Shown here piece after piece: positions 16,374-25,741 of a stretch of DNA of 32,000 nucleotides (the first letter of the stretch is position 1; each line of letters opens with the position of its first letter). The notes under the pieces are model-generated. The model was not told the DNA's origin. It was given only the letters and a program-made list of their open reading frames with translations, and made no database searches. The position numbers and the translations under genes were made by a program. Source of the DNA: Vibrio vulnificus CMCP6. GTDB lineage: Bacteria; Pseudomonadota; Gammaproteobacteria; Enterobacterales; Vibrionaceae. The stretch is taken from positions 1,812,831 through 1,844,830 of the forward strand of contig NC_004460.2 of assembly GCF_000039765.1 (NCBI RefSeq), written 5' to 3'.

Positions 16374-17744
16374 CTATTCACACGGAGGCGCCATGTGAAT
16401 CAGAGCCAAACCGCCGAGCGAGGTTTCTCGATATTTTTTATTCATATCTTTACCCGTTTGGTACATGGTCTCGATAACTTTATCTAATGAGATGAGGCAC
16501 TTACTTGTGCGCTTTAAGGCCATGCGCGAAGCGTTTATCGCTTTCATTGCGCCCATCGCATTGCGTTCAATGCACGGCACTTGAACCAAGCCACCAATCG
16601 GATCGCACGTCATGCCGAGTGAATGTTCCATCGCGATTTCTGCTGCAATGCAAATTTGCTCGTTGCTGCCACCGCGTAATGCGGTCAATCCCGCCGCAGC
16701 CATTGAGGAGGAAACACCAATTTCACCTTGGCAGCCCACTTCTGCTCCTGAAATCGAAGCATTGGTTTTGTATAAAATGCCAATGGCACCAGATACGGCA
16801 AGGAAGTCTTTCAACTGCTTAGTATCGAGTTCTTTGATGAACTTGTGGTAGTACATTAACACCGCTGGAATCACACCTGCTGCGCCGTTGGTCGGGGAGG
16901 TGACCACTTGGCCACCGGCCGCGTTTTCTTCGCTGACGGCAAAGGCAAACAAGTTAATCCAATCCATGATTTCCATTGGATCATTTTCAATCGCGGCATT
17001 GGCTTCGAGCTTTTTCAGCAAGTTGGGTGCACGGCGAGTGACACTCAAGCCACCGTCAAGAATGCCTTCGGTTTCAAAACCGCGCTTCATGCACAGGCTC
17101 ATCACTTTCCAAATTTGCTCAGCTTTGGCATCGATGGTGTCCATATTGTGGAACATTTGCTCATTGCGCAGCACCATTCCTCCAAGGCTAAGCCCGTTCT
17201 TTTCCGCCATTTCTAGCATTTCATCGGCATTTCTAAAGGGGAAATCCACCTTCACAGCGGATTCTTGCTTGCCATTTTTCAGTTCATCTTCGGTCGCAAT
17301 AAAGCCGCCGCCAATGGAGTAGTAGGTCTCGAAGTGAAGGCGCTGCTGCTGTTCATCGAAGGCACTGATGGTCATGCCATTTTCGTGCAGTGGTAGGTTT
17401 TCGGTATGGAAGAGAATGTCACTGGCAAAGTCGAATTCAATAAAGCGCTCGCCACGTAGCGAGAGTTGCCCTTCGTGAATGGCTTGGCGCATCGCTTGAT
17501 TGGCACTGCTAATACGGATGGTATCAGGGCGATTGCCTAACAGCCCTAAAATGACCGCGCGATCGGTGTGGTGGCCTTTTCCTGTTAGCGATAAAGAACC
17601 GTAGAGATCGACCTGAATTCGTTGCACTTTATCAAGATCATTTGCCAACAATTGCGTAAACTGATAACCCGCAATCATGGGACCATTGGTGTGAGAGCTT
17701 GAAGGGCCAACGCCAATCTTAAAAATATCAAAAATCGACAGCAT
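16374..17744 (-). CDS. sdaA: L-serine ammonia-lyase (L-serine dehydratase), single-chain iron-sulfur type
   Basis: The N-terminus MLSIFDIFKIGVGPSSSHTNGPM is characteristic. The 456-aa protein has fused alpha and beta domains and a conserved cysteine-containing C-terminal half. Confidence 0.92.
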   Translation of the reverse strand: MLSIFDIFKIGVGPSSSHTNGPMIAGYQFTQLLANDLDKVQRIQVDLYGSLSLTGKGHHTDRAVILGLLGNRPDTIRISSANQAMRQAIHEGQLSLRGERFIEFDFASDILFHTENLPLHENGMTISAFDEQQQRLHFETYYSIGGGFIATEDELKNGKQESAVKVDFPFRNADEMLEMAEKNGLSLGGMVLRNEQMFHNMDTIDAKAEQIWKVMSLCMKRGFETEGILDGGLSVTRRAPNLLKKLEANAAIENDPMEIMDWINLFAFAVSEENAAGGQVVTSPTNGAAGVIPAVLMYYHKFIKELDTKQLKDFLAVSGAIGILYKTNASISGAEVGCQGEIGVSSSMAAAGLTALRGGSNEQICIAAEIAMEHSLGMTCDPIGGLVQVPCIERNAMGAMKAINASRMALKRTSKCLISLDKVIETMYQTGKDMNKKYRETSLGGLALIHMAPPCE

Positions 17745-17928
17745 AATGATTTCCTATCTGACAACCTGCTAGTAAGTATGGATGAAGCAGTGTGTTGTAC
17801 CAGTTCATCTTGAGTATGTATGTTGAAATTTTGTTAATGAATCTTAGTGCGGTGAAAATAGCCTCAGCTTGAACAAAAGTACAGCAGAAGATGAGAGTGA
17901 TGTGTTTAAAACGAGAGATCTGTAAATA

Positions 17929-18786
17929 ATGGAAGAGAAACGTCTGGTCATCGTGCTGGGTAAGAGACTGTTTAAAAATGCGTTAACGCCAGAAGGCGTT
18001 AGCCGAGTAGACGCTTTGGTTGATGCAATGGCTTCGGGAAAGATTGAGCCTGGGAGTCGTATTGCATTTTGTGGTGGCATCACACAGGGGCAGACTCGCT
18101 CAGAAGCCATTGCTATGTTCGATTACTTCCAACAGCGTTGCCATGCGAATAACCTGACTTTTTCGGCTCAAAACATTTTGCTGGAAGAGCGCTCGACCAG
18201 TACAGTGGAGAACATTTTTGAAGTGTCTCGTTTGCTGATCCAAAGTGGCCAGTGTTCAACGGGCAGCGTTTTGAAAGTCACTTTCGTTTCCAATGATTAC
18301 CATCTCAAGCGTATCTTTGAAATCCAACAATTAATGGATGAGCAAGGGCTATTGCGAGTGTTGCGCGAGCGCTGCGCTCAACACGGTGTGCATCTTGACA
18401 TTCACCATGATCTGGAAGCGCATGTTAGCGTGCCGTATCCAAACGTCGGCGGCGAAGCACAACTGTTTTTGTTGATTGATGAGCTCACTACATACCGAGT
18501 GTATCTGGAAGGGGTGGCGCGCGGTGTGTTTCAGCGGCCATTAAAAGAGGTGCGCCGTATCCCCTACCAAAAAGCCCAAGAAGCATTAAGCGCTATTCGC
18601 TCTGTGCTAGCACAACATGCGGAATTTTCTGCTTATTATCACGATTTTGCGCAGCTTCAGCAGTGGATAGAAGAGAGCGATATTGAGCAAGAGGCTGCAA
18701 CGATTTCTCAGATTGCTCGTTGTTTTAACCGCACCTTAGTGGGGCTAAATCGTCGCTTCGATCCGGAACAGGCTTTAAGGGACTGA
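17929..18786 (+). CDS. DUF218/YdcF-like domain protein with a ~130-aa C-terminal extension
   Basis: The protein shows LVIVLGKRL...AFCGGITQGQTRSEAIAM...VTFVSNDYHLKR, the DUF218 pattern (GG...SE...tS..H). The C-terminal third has no motif I recognise. Confidence 0.65.
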   Translation: MEEKRLVIVLGKRLFKNALTPEGVSRVDALVDAMASGKIEPGSRIAFCGGITQGQTRSEAIAMFDYFQQRCHANNLTFSAQNILLEERSTSTVENIFEVSRLLIQSGQCSTGSVLKVTFVSNDYHLKRIFEIQQLMDEQGLLRVLRERCAQHGVHLDIHHDLEAHVSVPYPNVGGEAQLFLLIDELTTYRVYLEGVARGVFQRPLKEVRRIPYQKAQEALSAIRSVLAQHAEFSAYYHDFAQLQQWIEESDIEQEAATISQIARCFNRTLVGLNRRFDPEQALRD

Positions 18787-18951
18787 TAAACCTTATTGAG
18801 CAATTTGGAAGTTAGCGCACGCTCGACTACGCTTAGAAGAGTTTCAAGTGGTGAAGCTCCGATTTTTACCATTGATATTAACAGGTTTGTTGCGTCACTT
18901 TTCGCTCTGCGGTTATCGTATCGCAACCCATCATTGGCAAAGGAAATGTAA

Positions 18952-19884
18952 ATGTCACAACAAAAATTCCGTTTGGTAACCCGCAGTGATTTTGACGGCT
19001 TGGTTTGTGCTGTTTTATTAAAACAACAAGATTTGATTGATGAGATAAAATTTGTCCATCCCAAAGATATGCAAGACGGCCTGATTGATATTACGGAAAA
19101 CGATATTGTTACCAACTTGCCTTATGTCGCAGAAGCACACTTAGTGTTCGACCACCATCTCTCAGAAACCATCCGTAATCGTGGTCGCCATGCGAATCAT
19201 ATTATCAACCCCAATGCCCCATCTGCCGCACGAGTGGTGTGGGATTACTATGGTGGCACTTCGGTGTTCCCCGTTGAATGGATTGAAATGATGGAAGCGG
19301 TAGACAAAGGTGACTCTGCGCAGTTTAGCCGCGATGACGTTTTGGACTCAAAAGGGTGGAACTTACTCAATTTTCTGATGGATGCACGTACTGGTTTGGG
19401 GCGTTTCAGAGAGTTTCGCATTTCCAACTATAACTTGATGATGGACTTGATTGATTACTGTAAGAATCACACCATCGAGCAAATTCTAGACTTGCCAGAT
19501 GTCAAAGAACGCATTGATTTATATCGCGAACACGAAATTAAGTTCAAAGAGCAGATTCAACGTTGTGCCACGGTGTATAAAAATTTGGTGCTGTTGGATC
19601 TCACCAACGAAGAGACCATTTACGCAGGCAACCGCTTCATCATTTATGCCCTGTTTCCTGACTGCAATATTTCGATCCATAAAATGTGGGGTTTTCAAAA
19701 GCAAAACGTGGTTTTCGCAACGGGTAAATCAATTTTCGATCGAGGCTCTAAAACCAACGTGGGCGAATTGATGTTGAAATATGGCGGTGGTGGGCACCAA
19801 GCCGCGGGGACCTGTCAGATCAACATTGAAGACGCAGAGCGCGTTCAAGCTGAACTGATTGAGCAGATAAATCGGGACGGTTAA
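18952..19884 (+). CDS. DHH/DHHA1-family phosphoesterase (NrnA/PggH-like nanoRNase candidate)
   Basis: Motifs present are SDFDGLV (motif I), LVFDHH (DHH motif) and KYGGGGHQAAG (the DHHA1 GGGH motif). The protein is 310 aa, and AAAGGAAA precedes the ATG. Confidence 0.8.
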   Translation: MSQQKFRLVTRSDFDGLVCAVLLKQQDLIDEIKFVHPKDMQDGLIDITENDIVTNLPYVAEAHLVFDHHLSETIRNRGRHANHIINPNAPSAARVVWDYYGGTSVFPVEWIEMMEAVDKGDSAQFSRDDVLDSKGWNLLNFLMDARTGLGRFREFRISNYNLMMDLIDYCKNHTIEQILDLPDVKERIDLYREHEIKFKEQIQRCATVYKNLVLLDLTNEETIYAGNRFIIYALFPDCNISIHKMWGFQKQNVVFATGKSIFDRGSKTNVGELMLKYGGGGHQAAGTCQINIEDAERVQAELIEQINRDG

Positions 19885-19892
19885 AGACCAAT

Positions 19893-19918
19893 AGCCTCGC
19901 ATTCGCGAGGCTTTTTTT
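19893..19918 (+). terminator. Rho-independent terminator after the DHH gene
   Basis: AGCCTCGC-attc-GCGAGGCT is followed by a T7 run. Confidence 0.85.
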
Positions 19919-19969
19919 GTTAGTATGCCGCCAAATTAATTTTGGACTTCAGCACAGCGCGTTTTTCTC

Positions 19970-20488
19970 ATGAGACATCTGAAAACAACGATTCACCCCG
20001 ATATCGAACATCTAGACGAAAAAATCATTTTCCAACGCAGCGCCGCACGCGCCATTTGTGTCGATGGTGAAGATATTTTATTGCTCTACACCGAGCGCTA
20101 CCACGATTACACCATTCCGGGTGGGGGCATCGATGAAGGAGAGGATGTGATCGCCGGGTTGGTTCGCGAACTTGAAGAAGAAACTGGCGCAAAGAACATC
20201 CACAACATCAAACCATTTGGCATCTATGAAGAGTTTCGTCCTTGGTACAAAGGAGAAGTGAACGTGATGCACATGCATTCTTACTGCTACACCTGCAAGA
20301 TTGACCGAGAGTTAGGCGAAACGCGTTTTGAGGAATACGAAGTGAAAAATGGCATGAAGCCACTTTGGGTCAATATCCATCAAGCCATTGCGCACAATGA
20401 GCAGACCATGGCGGAAAGCCCCAAAAAAGGCATGAGCATAGAACGCGAAACTTTCCTGTTGCGTCTCATCGCCAAAGAATTGCTGTAA
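19970..20488 (+). CDS. Nudix hydrolase
   Basis: The Nudix box is GGGIDEGEDVIAGLVRELEEETG (GX5EX7REUXEEXGU). Confidence 0.85.
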   Translation: MRHLKTTIHPDIEHLDEKIIFQRSAARAICVDGEDILLLYTERYHDYTIPGGGIDEGEDVIAGLVRELEEETGAKNIHNIKPFGIYEEFRPWYKGEVNVMHMHSYCYTCKIDRELGETRFEEYEVKNGMKPLWVNIHQAIAHNEQTMAESPKKGMSIERETFLLRLIAKELL

Positions 20489-20664
20489 CGACGATAAAAT
20501 ATGGAGAACAATAGATTTGAACTATGCATTTGTTCACTTCTTTTCGCCAGTTAATGGGTTTTTCAGACAAATTGAGACATTTTTCGAAGAAACGTAACCA
20601 TTAGTAACAGAGAGGCTGTAAGCAAAATTCCCTTGAATATACTCGAGAAAGTCTTATTTAACGG

Positions 20665-21840
20665 ATGGCTGCTTTCATGAAATCTATTGTTTCTCTTACT
20701 TCCGCTTTGTGTGCCAGCGTTATGGCATTTTCCGCTCACGCCGCGCCGACCGTCATTCCCGATCCTCCCGCTTTGGGCGCCAAAGGCTATGTGCTGATGG
20801 ACTACCATTCAGGGGAAGTATTGGTCGCCAAAAATGCCGATACTCAGCTAAATCCTGCCAGTTTAACCAAATTGATGACGGCGTATGTGGCGGGGCAAGA
20901 AATGAATCGCGGCAACATTCGCTTTTCAGATCAAGTGGTGATCAGCCGTAACGCATGGGCAAAAAACTTCCCAGATTCTTCGAAAATGTTTATCGAAGTC
21001 GGTACTTCTGTGAGCTTGGAAGATCTCTACCGAGGTCTGATCATCCAGTCGGGTAATGACGCAAGTGTCGCTATCGCCGAGCATGTGGCCGGTAGCCAAG
21101 ATGCGTTTGTCAGTTTGATGAACTCGTGGGCCGACAAGCTTGGTTTACAAAACTCTGCCTTCACCAACCCTCATGGCTTGGACAGCACCGGTCTCTATTC
21201 AACACCACGTGACATTGCCAAGTTGGGGCAGGCGATCATTCGTGATTTGCCTAGCGTTTACCCGATGTACAGTGAAACCTCATTTACTTACAACGGCATT
21301 ACGCAATACAACCGCAATGGATTGCTGCGAGACCGAAGTATTGCCGTGGATGGCATGAAAACAGGCTTCACCAGTGGCGCTGGTTACAGTTTGGCGACGT
21401 CTGCCACCAGTGGCAACATGCGCTTAATTTCGGTGGTGATGGGGTCCAACAGCACTTCAAGCCGTGAAGCAGAGAGCAAACAACTGCTGAGCTACGGCTT
21501 CCGCTTCTTTGATACGGTTTCCCCAACGAAAGCGAATCAGCCGTTGGCAGACACTCGAATTTGGATGGGAGAGAAGAATCAGTTAAGCGTTGGTCTTAAA
21601 GAGGACATTTTCCTTACCTTGCCCAAAGGGGATACCAAAAAGCTTCAAGCTGAGCTGATTTATCTGCCGGACTTATCAGCACCAATCTTGCGTGATCAGG
21701 TGGTTGGTCAGGTGATTTATAAAGTGGAAGATAAGGTGGTGAAAGAGGTCGACCTTGTGGCGTTAGAATCCGTCGAACAAGGTGGGCTGTTTAAACGCAT
21801 TACCGATTGGTTTAAGCGTTGGTTGAGCAACCTGTTTTAA
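20665..21840 (+). CDS. dacA: D-alanyl-D-alanine carboxypeptidase (PBP5/6 class)
   Basis: The protein has a signal peptide, the motifs SLTK (SxxK), SGND (SxN) and KTG, and a C-terminal amphipathic anchor LFKRITDWFKRWLSNLF. The start is ambiguous between 20665 and 20677. Confidence 0.85.
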   Translation: MAAFMKSIVSLTSALCASVMAFSAHAAPTVIPDPPALGAKGYVLMDYHSGEVLVAKNADTQLNPASLTKLMTAYVAGQEMNRGNIRFSDQVVISRNAWAKNFPDSSKMFIEVGTSVSLEDLYRGLIIQSGNDASVAIAEHVAGSQDAFVSLMNSWADKLGLQNSAFTNPHGLDSTGLYSTPRDIAKLGQAIIRDLPSVYPMYSETSFTYNGITQYNRNGLLRDRSIAVDGMKTGFTSGAGYSLATSATSGNMRLISVVMGSNSTSSREAESKQLLSYGFRFFDTVSPTKANQPLADTRIWMGEKNQLSVGLKEDIFLTLPKGDTKKLQAELIYLPDLSAPILRDQVVGQVIYKVEDKVVKEVDLVALESVEQGGLFKRITDWFKRWLSNLF

Positions 21841-21856
21841 TCTTGTCGCAAACGAC

Positions 21857-21889
21857 AAAAGCCGTGAAAGGTCGCCTTTCACGGCTTTT
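21857..21889. terminator. Bidirectional rho-independent terminator between dacA and the LRR gene
   Basis: AAAAGCCGTGAAAGG-tcg-CCTTTCACGGCTTTT forms a 15-bp stem flanked by an A-run and a T-run. Confidence 0.9.
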
Positions 21890-21895
21890 GTTTTA

Positions 21896-24379
21896 TTAAA
21901 GGTGCGCGTGGCACTCATCATTTAAGGTGCTGTTGCTCATGGGCGTTGTCAAAAATACCTTGCCGAGCATTTGGTCAAACAGCGCCAGTTGTTCAAGCAG
22001 TTGGGTGCTGAAGCGGTTATTTTCCGCTCTCAGGCACCAAAAACTTGCCGCTGTCGGTGTGTCGAGATCCACAAGATCAGAGTTTGACACATCCAAAGTC
22101 CGTAATTGACGCAGCCTCGATAACTCGATGTTCACCAATGGGTTATTTTGAACTTCCACATCAAAAACATTGACCGCTGGAGACAAGTCCACGTCTTTCA
22201 ACTGATTGTGAGAAAGCACGATGAAACTCAGTCGGCTTCCTTCGGCCAATTGAACGGAAGTGAGTCGATTGTGAGCCGCATCCAGATCCGCCAACTCTGG
22301 GTTAGCACTCAAGTCGAGTTGAGCGAGCTGATTGTTTTTTGCATCAAGCAGAAGCAGCTGCGGATTGTGCGATAACGCCAAGGAGGTGAGTGCGTTATCA
22401 GCGATATAGAGCGTTCGCAAGTTCGGATATCGCGCCGCATTAAACTGCGTGAGCCCCTTCCCAGACGCCCCAATCAACACCATACCCTCCTGAAGCTGAT
22501 TGAAGTCGATATCGGTGACGCGAGTATGACTCAGATCGATTTCTTTGATCGGGAGGATCGGGCCATATAGGGTGTGCAAATGAGTGCTATTGCCTGCCAG
22601 AAGCGCCGCTATTTTCTGGCTTTGCGAAAAGTCGATGGTGGTGAGGTCGGTTTCGCTGATCTCTAATCTTTCTAACTCAAGAAGTGGTCGAATATTGAGT
22701 GTCGAAAGCGGGTTTTTCGACACGCGAACGTCGGTGAGCGCGAGGTTGTTGGCTAAGATCAGTTCCGTCAGTGTATTGTTGCCCGCATAGAGAGCAGTCA
22801 GAGCGGGTAACTCTGTCACCCCCAAGGTTTGCAGTTTGTTGTCACTCACGTTCAAGGTGCGTAGTTGCGGTAGAGAGGGTGCAATAAACTGGGTGAGCTG
22901 TGTTCCGGTGATTTTGAGCGTGGTTAAATCCGGCATGTTTGCTAATTGCAGTTGATTTAGCCTCGCCATATGAAGGGACAAGGATTGCAAAGCGATTTGC
23001 TGACTCAAATCCAAATCTGCTATCTGACTGCCATTGACCGTCAGTTGTGTCAGAGCAAAGTTTTGCGATAGGGCGAGGCTTTGCAGCGTGTTAATACTGA
23101 CTAACGTCAGTGAACGAAGCGACTTATTGCCCGAGAAGTCGAGTGTTTTCAGTGCAGAACCTTGGAACGACAAACGTTCAATGTTGGGTACATGGTCCGA
23201 AGAGAAATCGGTAAACAGACGTGACTTGATGGTCAATTTTGCAAGGTTGGTAAAGTGGACCAAATCGCGGCTGGTATTGATTTGGAAAGAAGAGGCGCAG
23301 TCAAGTTCCGTCACCTCGAGTGTATTCTGCCACCCTTTCAGCGTGCGGTACTGATCCACACAACGTTTGAGCTCTGGATCGAGGTATTCAATGGCGTTAA
23401 AGCTGTGCTCTGCGGCAGTAATGGCAAGCGTTATTCTGGCGTTGCCAATGCCGCCTTGATTGTCTGTCACTGTAACCATTAAGCCGATGCTATCGCCTTG
23501 CGTCCATTGCGTCGGTACAGAAAAGGTCACATTGGCTTGAGTGGCGTCATTGAGCGTGACGCTTGGTCCCGATAACTGTCTCCAACGATAAGCGACAATG
23601 TTGCCATCTGCATCAGTGGCGTGTGCCGTGAGCGTCACGTCGGTGCCTTCTACGACGGCTTTATCTTCTCCAACTGAAACTTGCGGACGCTGATTGATCG
23701 CGCTGTCCTGTACGGTGACGATCTGTTGGTCTTGCGCGGTTGCCCCTAAGTTGTCAGTCACGGTGACGCTAAACACCAGATCCGTATCGTTATCCACTAA
23801 AGGTGCTTTGAACTTTGGATAAGCTGAATTGACATTCGAGAGGGACACCGTCGGGCCACCCGTTTGTCGCCATTCGATTTTTTCTATCTGTCCGTCTTCA
23901 TCTCGGGCGGTGACACTCAGTCCGTCGGCAAAGGCGCCTTCTTCTACACTAAAGGGCGAACCTGCTTGTACGGTGGGGGGGAGGTTGTGTGGCTGAGGAG
24001 TGGGTTTTATGGTAATGCGAATCGTATCTTGCGCTTGGTTGCCTTGAGCGTCGGTTAACGTCAGTTCAAACGCGATGGTGGTTTCTACCGCGACAGATGG
24101 AAGGGTGAACTTAAGACTTTTCTGGTTAAAAGGGGAGGCATCTAAGCTAGGACCTTCGGTTTGTCGCCACTGAAACGTGGGGGGAAATGCGCTGTCATGC
24201 TGGTATTGAGGAACGAGTTCTATGGTGTCATTGGCATTGTGGAAAAGGTCTTGACCCAGTTCGACGGATAAATCTCGGCTGGAAGGGGGCGCTGTTGAGG
24301 TGTTATCGCCAGAAGACCCACCGCCGCATGCGGTTATGAGCAACAAAATTCCGGATATTACAAAGGTTCTAATCATCAC
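21896..24379 (-). CDS. Large lipoprotein: three Ig-like (PKD/KIAA0319-like) repeats followed by about 20 leucine-rich repeats
   Basis: The lipobox is LLLITAC/GGGSSG. Three ~90-aa repeats each contain W(R)Q(T/L)xGP(S/T)(V/L). A long run of about 22-residue LxxLxLxxNxLxxL(D/N)L repeats follows. Confidence 0.85.
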   Translation of the reverse strand: MMIRTFVISGILLLITACGGGSSGDNTSTAPPSSRDLSVELGQDLFHNANDTIELVPQYQHDSAFPPTFQWRQTEGPSLDASPFNQKSLKFTLPSVAVETTIAFELTLTDAQGNQAQDTIRITIKPTPQPHNLPPTVQAGSPFSVEEGAFADGLSVTARDEDGQIEKIEWRQTGGPTVSLSNVNSAYPKFKAPLVDNDTDLVFSVTVTDNLGATAQDQQIVTVQDSAINQRPQVSVGEDKAVVEGTDVTLTAHATDADGNIVAYRWRQLSGPSVTLNDATQANVTFSVPTQWTQGDSIGLMVTVTDNQGGIGNARITLAITAAEHSFNAIEYLDPELKRCVDQYRTLKGWQNTLEVTELDCASSFQINTSRDLVHFTNLAKLTIKSRLFTDFSSDHVPNIERLSFQGSALKTLDFSGNKSLRSLTLVSINTLQSLALSQNFALTQLTVNGSQIADLDLSQQIALQSLSLHMARLNQLQLANMPDLTTLKITGTQLTQFIAPSLPQLRTLNVSDNKLQTLGVTELPALTALYAGNNTLTELILANNLALTDVRVSKNPLSTLNIRPLLELERLEISETDLTTIDFSQSQKIAALLAGNSTHLHTLYGPILPIKEIDLSHTRVTDIDFNQLQEGMVLIGASGKGLTQFNAARYPNLRTLYIADNALTSLALSHNPQLLLLDAKNNQLAQLDLSANPELADLDAAHNRLTSVQLAEGSRLSFIVLSHNQLKDVDLSPAVNVFDVEVQNNPLVNIELSRLRQLRTLDVSNSDLVDLDTPTAASFWCLRAENNRFSTQLLEQLALFDQMLGKVFLTTPMSNSTLNDECHAHL

Positions 24380-24826
24380 TTTCTCTCTGGTTATTTTATA
24401 AATTATTCTGTTGCATATAAAACCATCTGGGCATTGTTATCGTGAATGTGTAATCGATTGCATTTGGCTTTAATTGTGAAGTGAGTCGTAAAAGTGTCGG
24501 TGATTTATTCGCCGTTTGATGTTTGATGAGGGTGAACATCAGTCGCAGCAATCGGTTAACGGTGCGCTGGATGAGTGAATCAGCTCGAAAATCGCAGTCA
24601 CTATGGTTGTGTTAGGTTGTTTTTTGACAATGATCGGACAGTGAAAGGTGTGTTTATTCCTAAATCACTTCTTGATGTGTTGGCAAAGCGGTGCAGCGTG
24701 TTTTATCAGGGGTCTATGATTTCCATTCCAGAGGGTCGAATAGAAAATTGCTGTTGTCGCCTGTTATTACACGCAACAAACCCACGCTCGCTCTGGCAAT
24801 GTCATCTTGAGACGATTTAGGCTCAT

Positions 24827-24844
24827 TAACCTGAGTTCAGGTTA
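24827..24844. promoter_or_regulatory. Inverted repeat TAACCTGA-gt-TCAGGTTA upstream of the M23 peptidase gene
   Basis: Perfect 8-bp arms are separated by 2 nt. The repeat ends 33 nt before the ATG at 24877. Confidence 0.3.
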
Positions 24845-24876
24845 CATTATTAAATCTATAAGAAATGGATGGCTAG

Positions 24877-25542
24877 ATGAATCAACGAAGTAAGAAGCTG
24901 ACATGGACGTTTGTCACGCTTTTAGTTATGTTTTTTTTGTTTTGGGGCGCAAAAACGTACTCAGAAAACTACCGTGTTAAAGCGGAGAAAGAGTTAGACC
25001 ATGTACATGGCGAGTTGCAGGTTGTGGTCGATGTGATGAATCAACCGTATTTGTTCCCACTCGATAATCGTTCTTTATTGCAGAACTATGCGTCTTTTAA
25101 TACCTCCCCTCGATTTCCAAACCTCTATCATGCAGCAATAGATTATAGGGTAGAACCAGGTTCGCCAGTGTACGCAGTGGCGGATGGTGTTGTGAGCTTT
25201 TCAGGTGAAATGGATGGCTACGCAGGCCTCGTGGTTATTGACCATAGCAAGGAGTCGTTATATTCGCTTTATGGCCATTTATCTCTCAAAAGTGACATGG
25301 TGGATCTAGGACCAGTCAAACGAGGGGATATTGTCGGCTATATTGCCGAGCCTTCAGAGAGCTATGGGATAGGTACGGTCTCTCATTTGCATTTTGCGTT
25401 ACGTTTGGGAGAAAAAGCGGATTATTCAAGCAGTGGTGATGAGCGTTGGATGGCTGGGTACACGGAGCGACATCCCATTTTCAGCGGTTTTATCGATCCA
25501 GAGCGGTTTATTCTTCAAACGGTAAGGTGGAATCAAAGCTAA
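24877..25542 (+). CDS. M23-family (LytM/lysostaphin-type) metallopeptidase with an N-terminal membrane anchor
   Basis: The transmembrane segment is WTFVTLLVMFFLFWGA. The motifs are HAAIDY (HxxxD) and SHLHF (HxH). Confidence 0.85.
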   Translation: MNQRSKKLTWTFVTLLVMFFLFWGAKTYSENYRVKAEKELDHVHGELQVVVDVMNQPYLFPLDNRSLLQNYASFNTSPRFPNLYHAAIDYRVEPGSPVYAVADGVVSFSGEMDGYAGLVVIDHSKESLYSLYGHLSLKSDMVDLGPVKRGDIVGYIAEPSESYGIGTVSHLHFALRLGEKADYSSSGDERWMAGYTERHPIFSGFIDPERFILQTVRWNQS

Positions 25543-25617
25543 CCACAGGTTGTTTTGATTGTTTCTATTCACCTTTCCGCTACACTGTGCGCAACGAAAA
25601 TGATGGAAGAAAGTAGG

Positions 25618-25734
25618 ATGTTAATTGCCATTAAGCTCATTAAACTTGCGGTAATCTGCGCAATCTTCTTCACTATTTACGACTTAATTGCGTTTGGTGA
25701 AATCACATGGTTCACACGCTTTTTTGGCTTGTAG
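25618..25734 (+). CDS. Unlisted micro-ORF encoding a 38-aa hydrophobic peptide (MLIAIKLIKLAVICAIFFTIYDLIAFGEITWFTRFFGL). It would be 44 aa from ATG 25600.
   Basis: I translated this by hand. An AAAGTAGG purine-rich stretch lies directly upstream of ATG 25618. One predicted transmembrane helix is present. A perfect 12-bp-stem hairpin follows 8 nt after the stop. The ORF is below the 60-aa cut-off of the ORF track. Confidence 0.4.
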   Translation: MLIAIKLIKLAVICAIFFTIYDLIAFGEITWFTRFFGL

Positions 25735-25741
25735 TGAACAG

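Noticed and set aside
20563-20808. 81-aa minus-strand ORF overlapping the 5' end of the DD-carboxypeptidase gene
   Set aside because: It is antisense to a well-supported gene and to that gene's upstream region. It has a low-complexity, arginine/glycine-rich translation typical of shadow ORFs.
24575-24820. 81-aa GTG-initiated ORF in the intergenic region between the LRR gene and the M23 gene
   Set aside because: It has no Shine-Dalgarno sequence. Its composition is odd and cysteine-rich (ENCCCRLLLH). It has no recognisable motif, and it lies in a region likely to hold two divergent promoters. It is probably spurious, although expression data could revive it.
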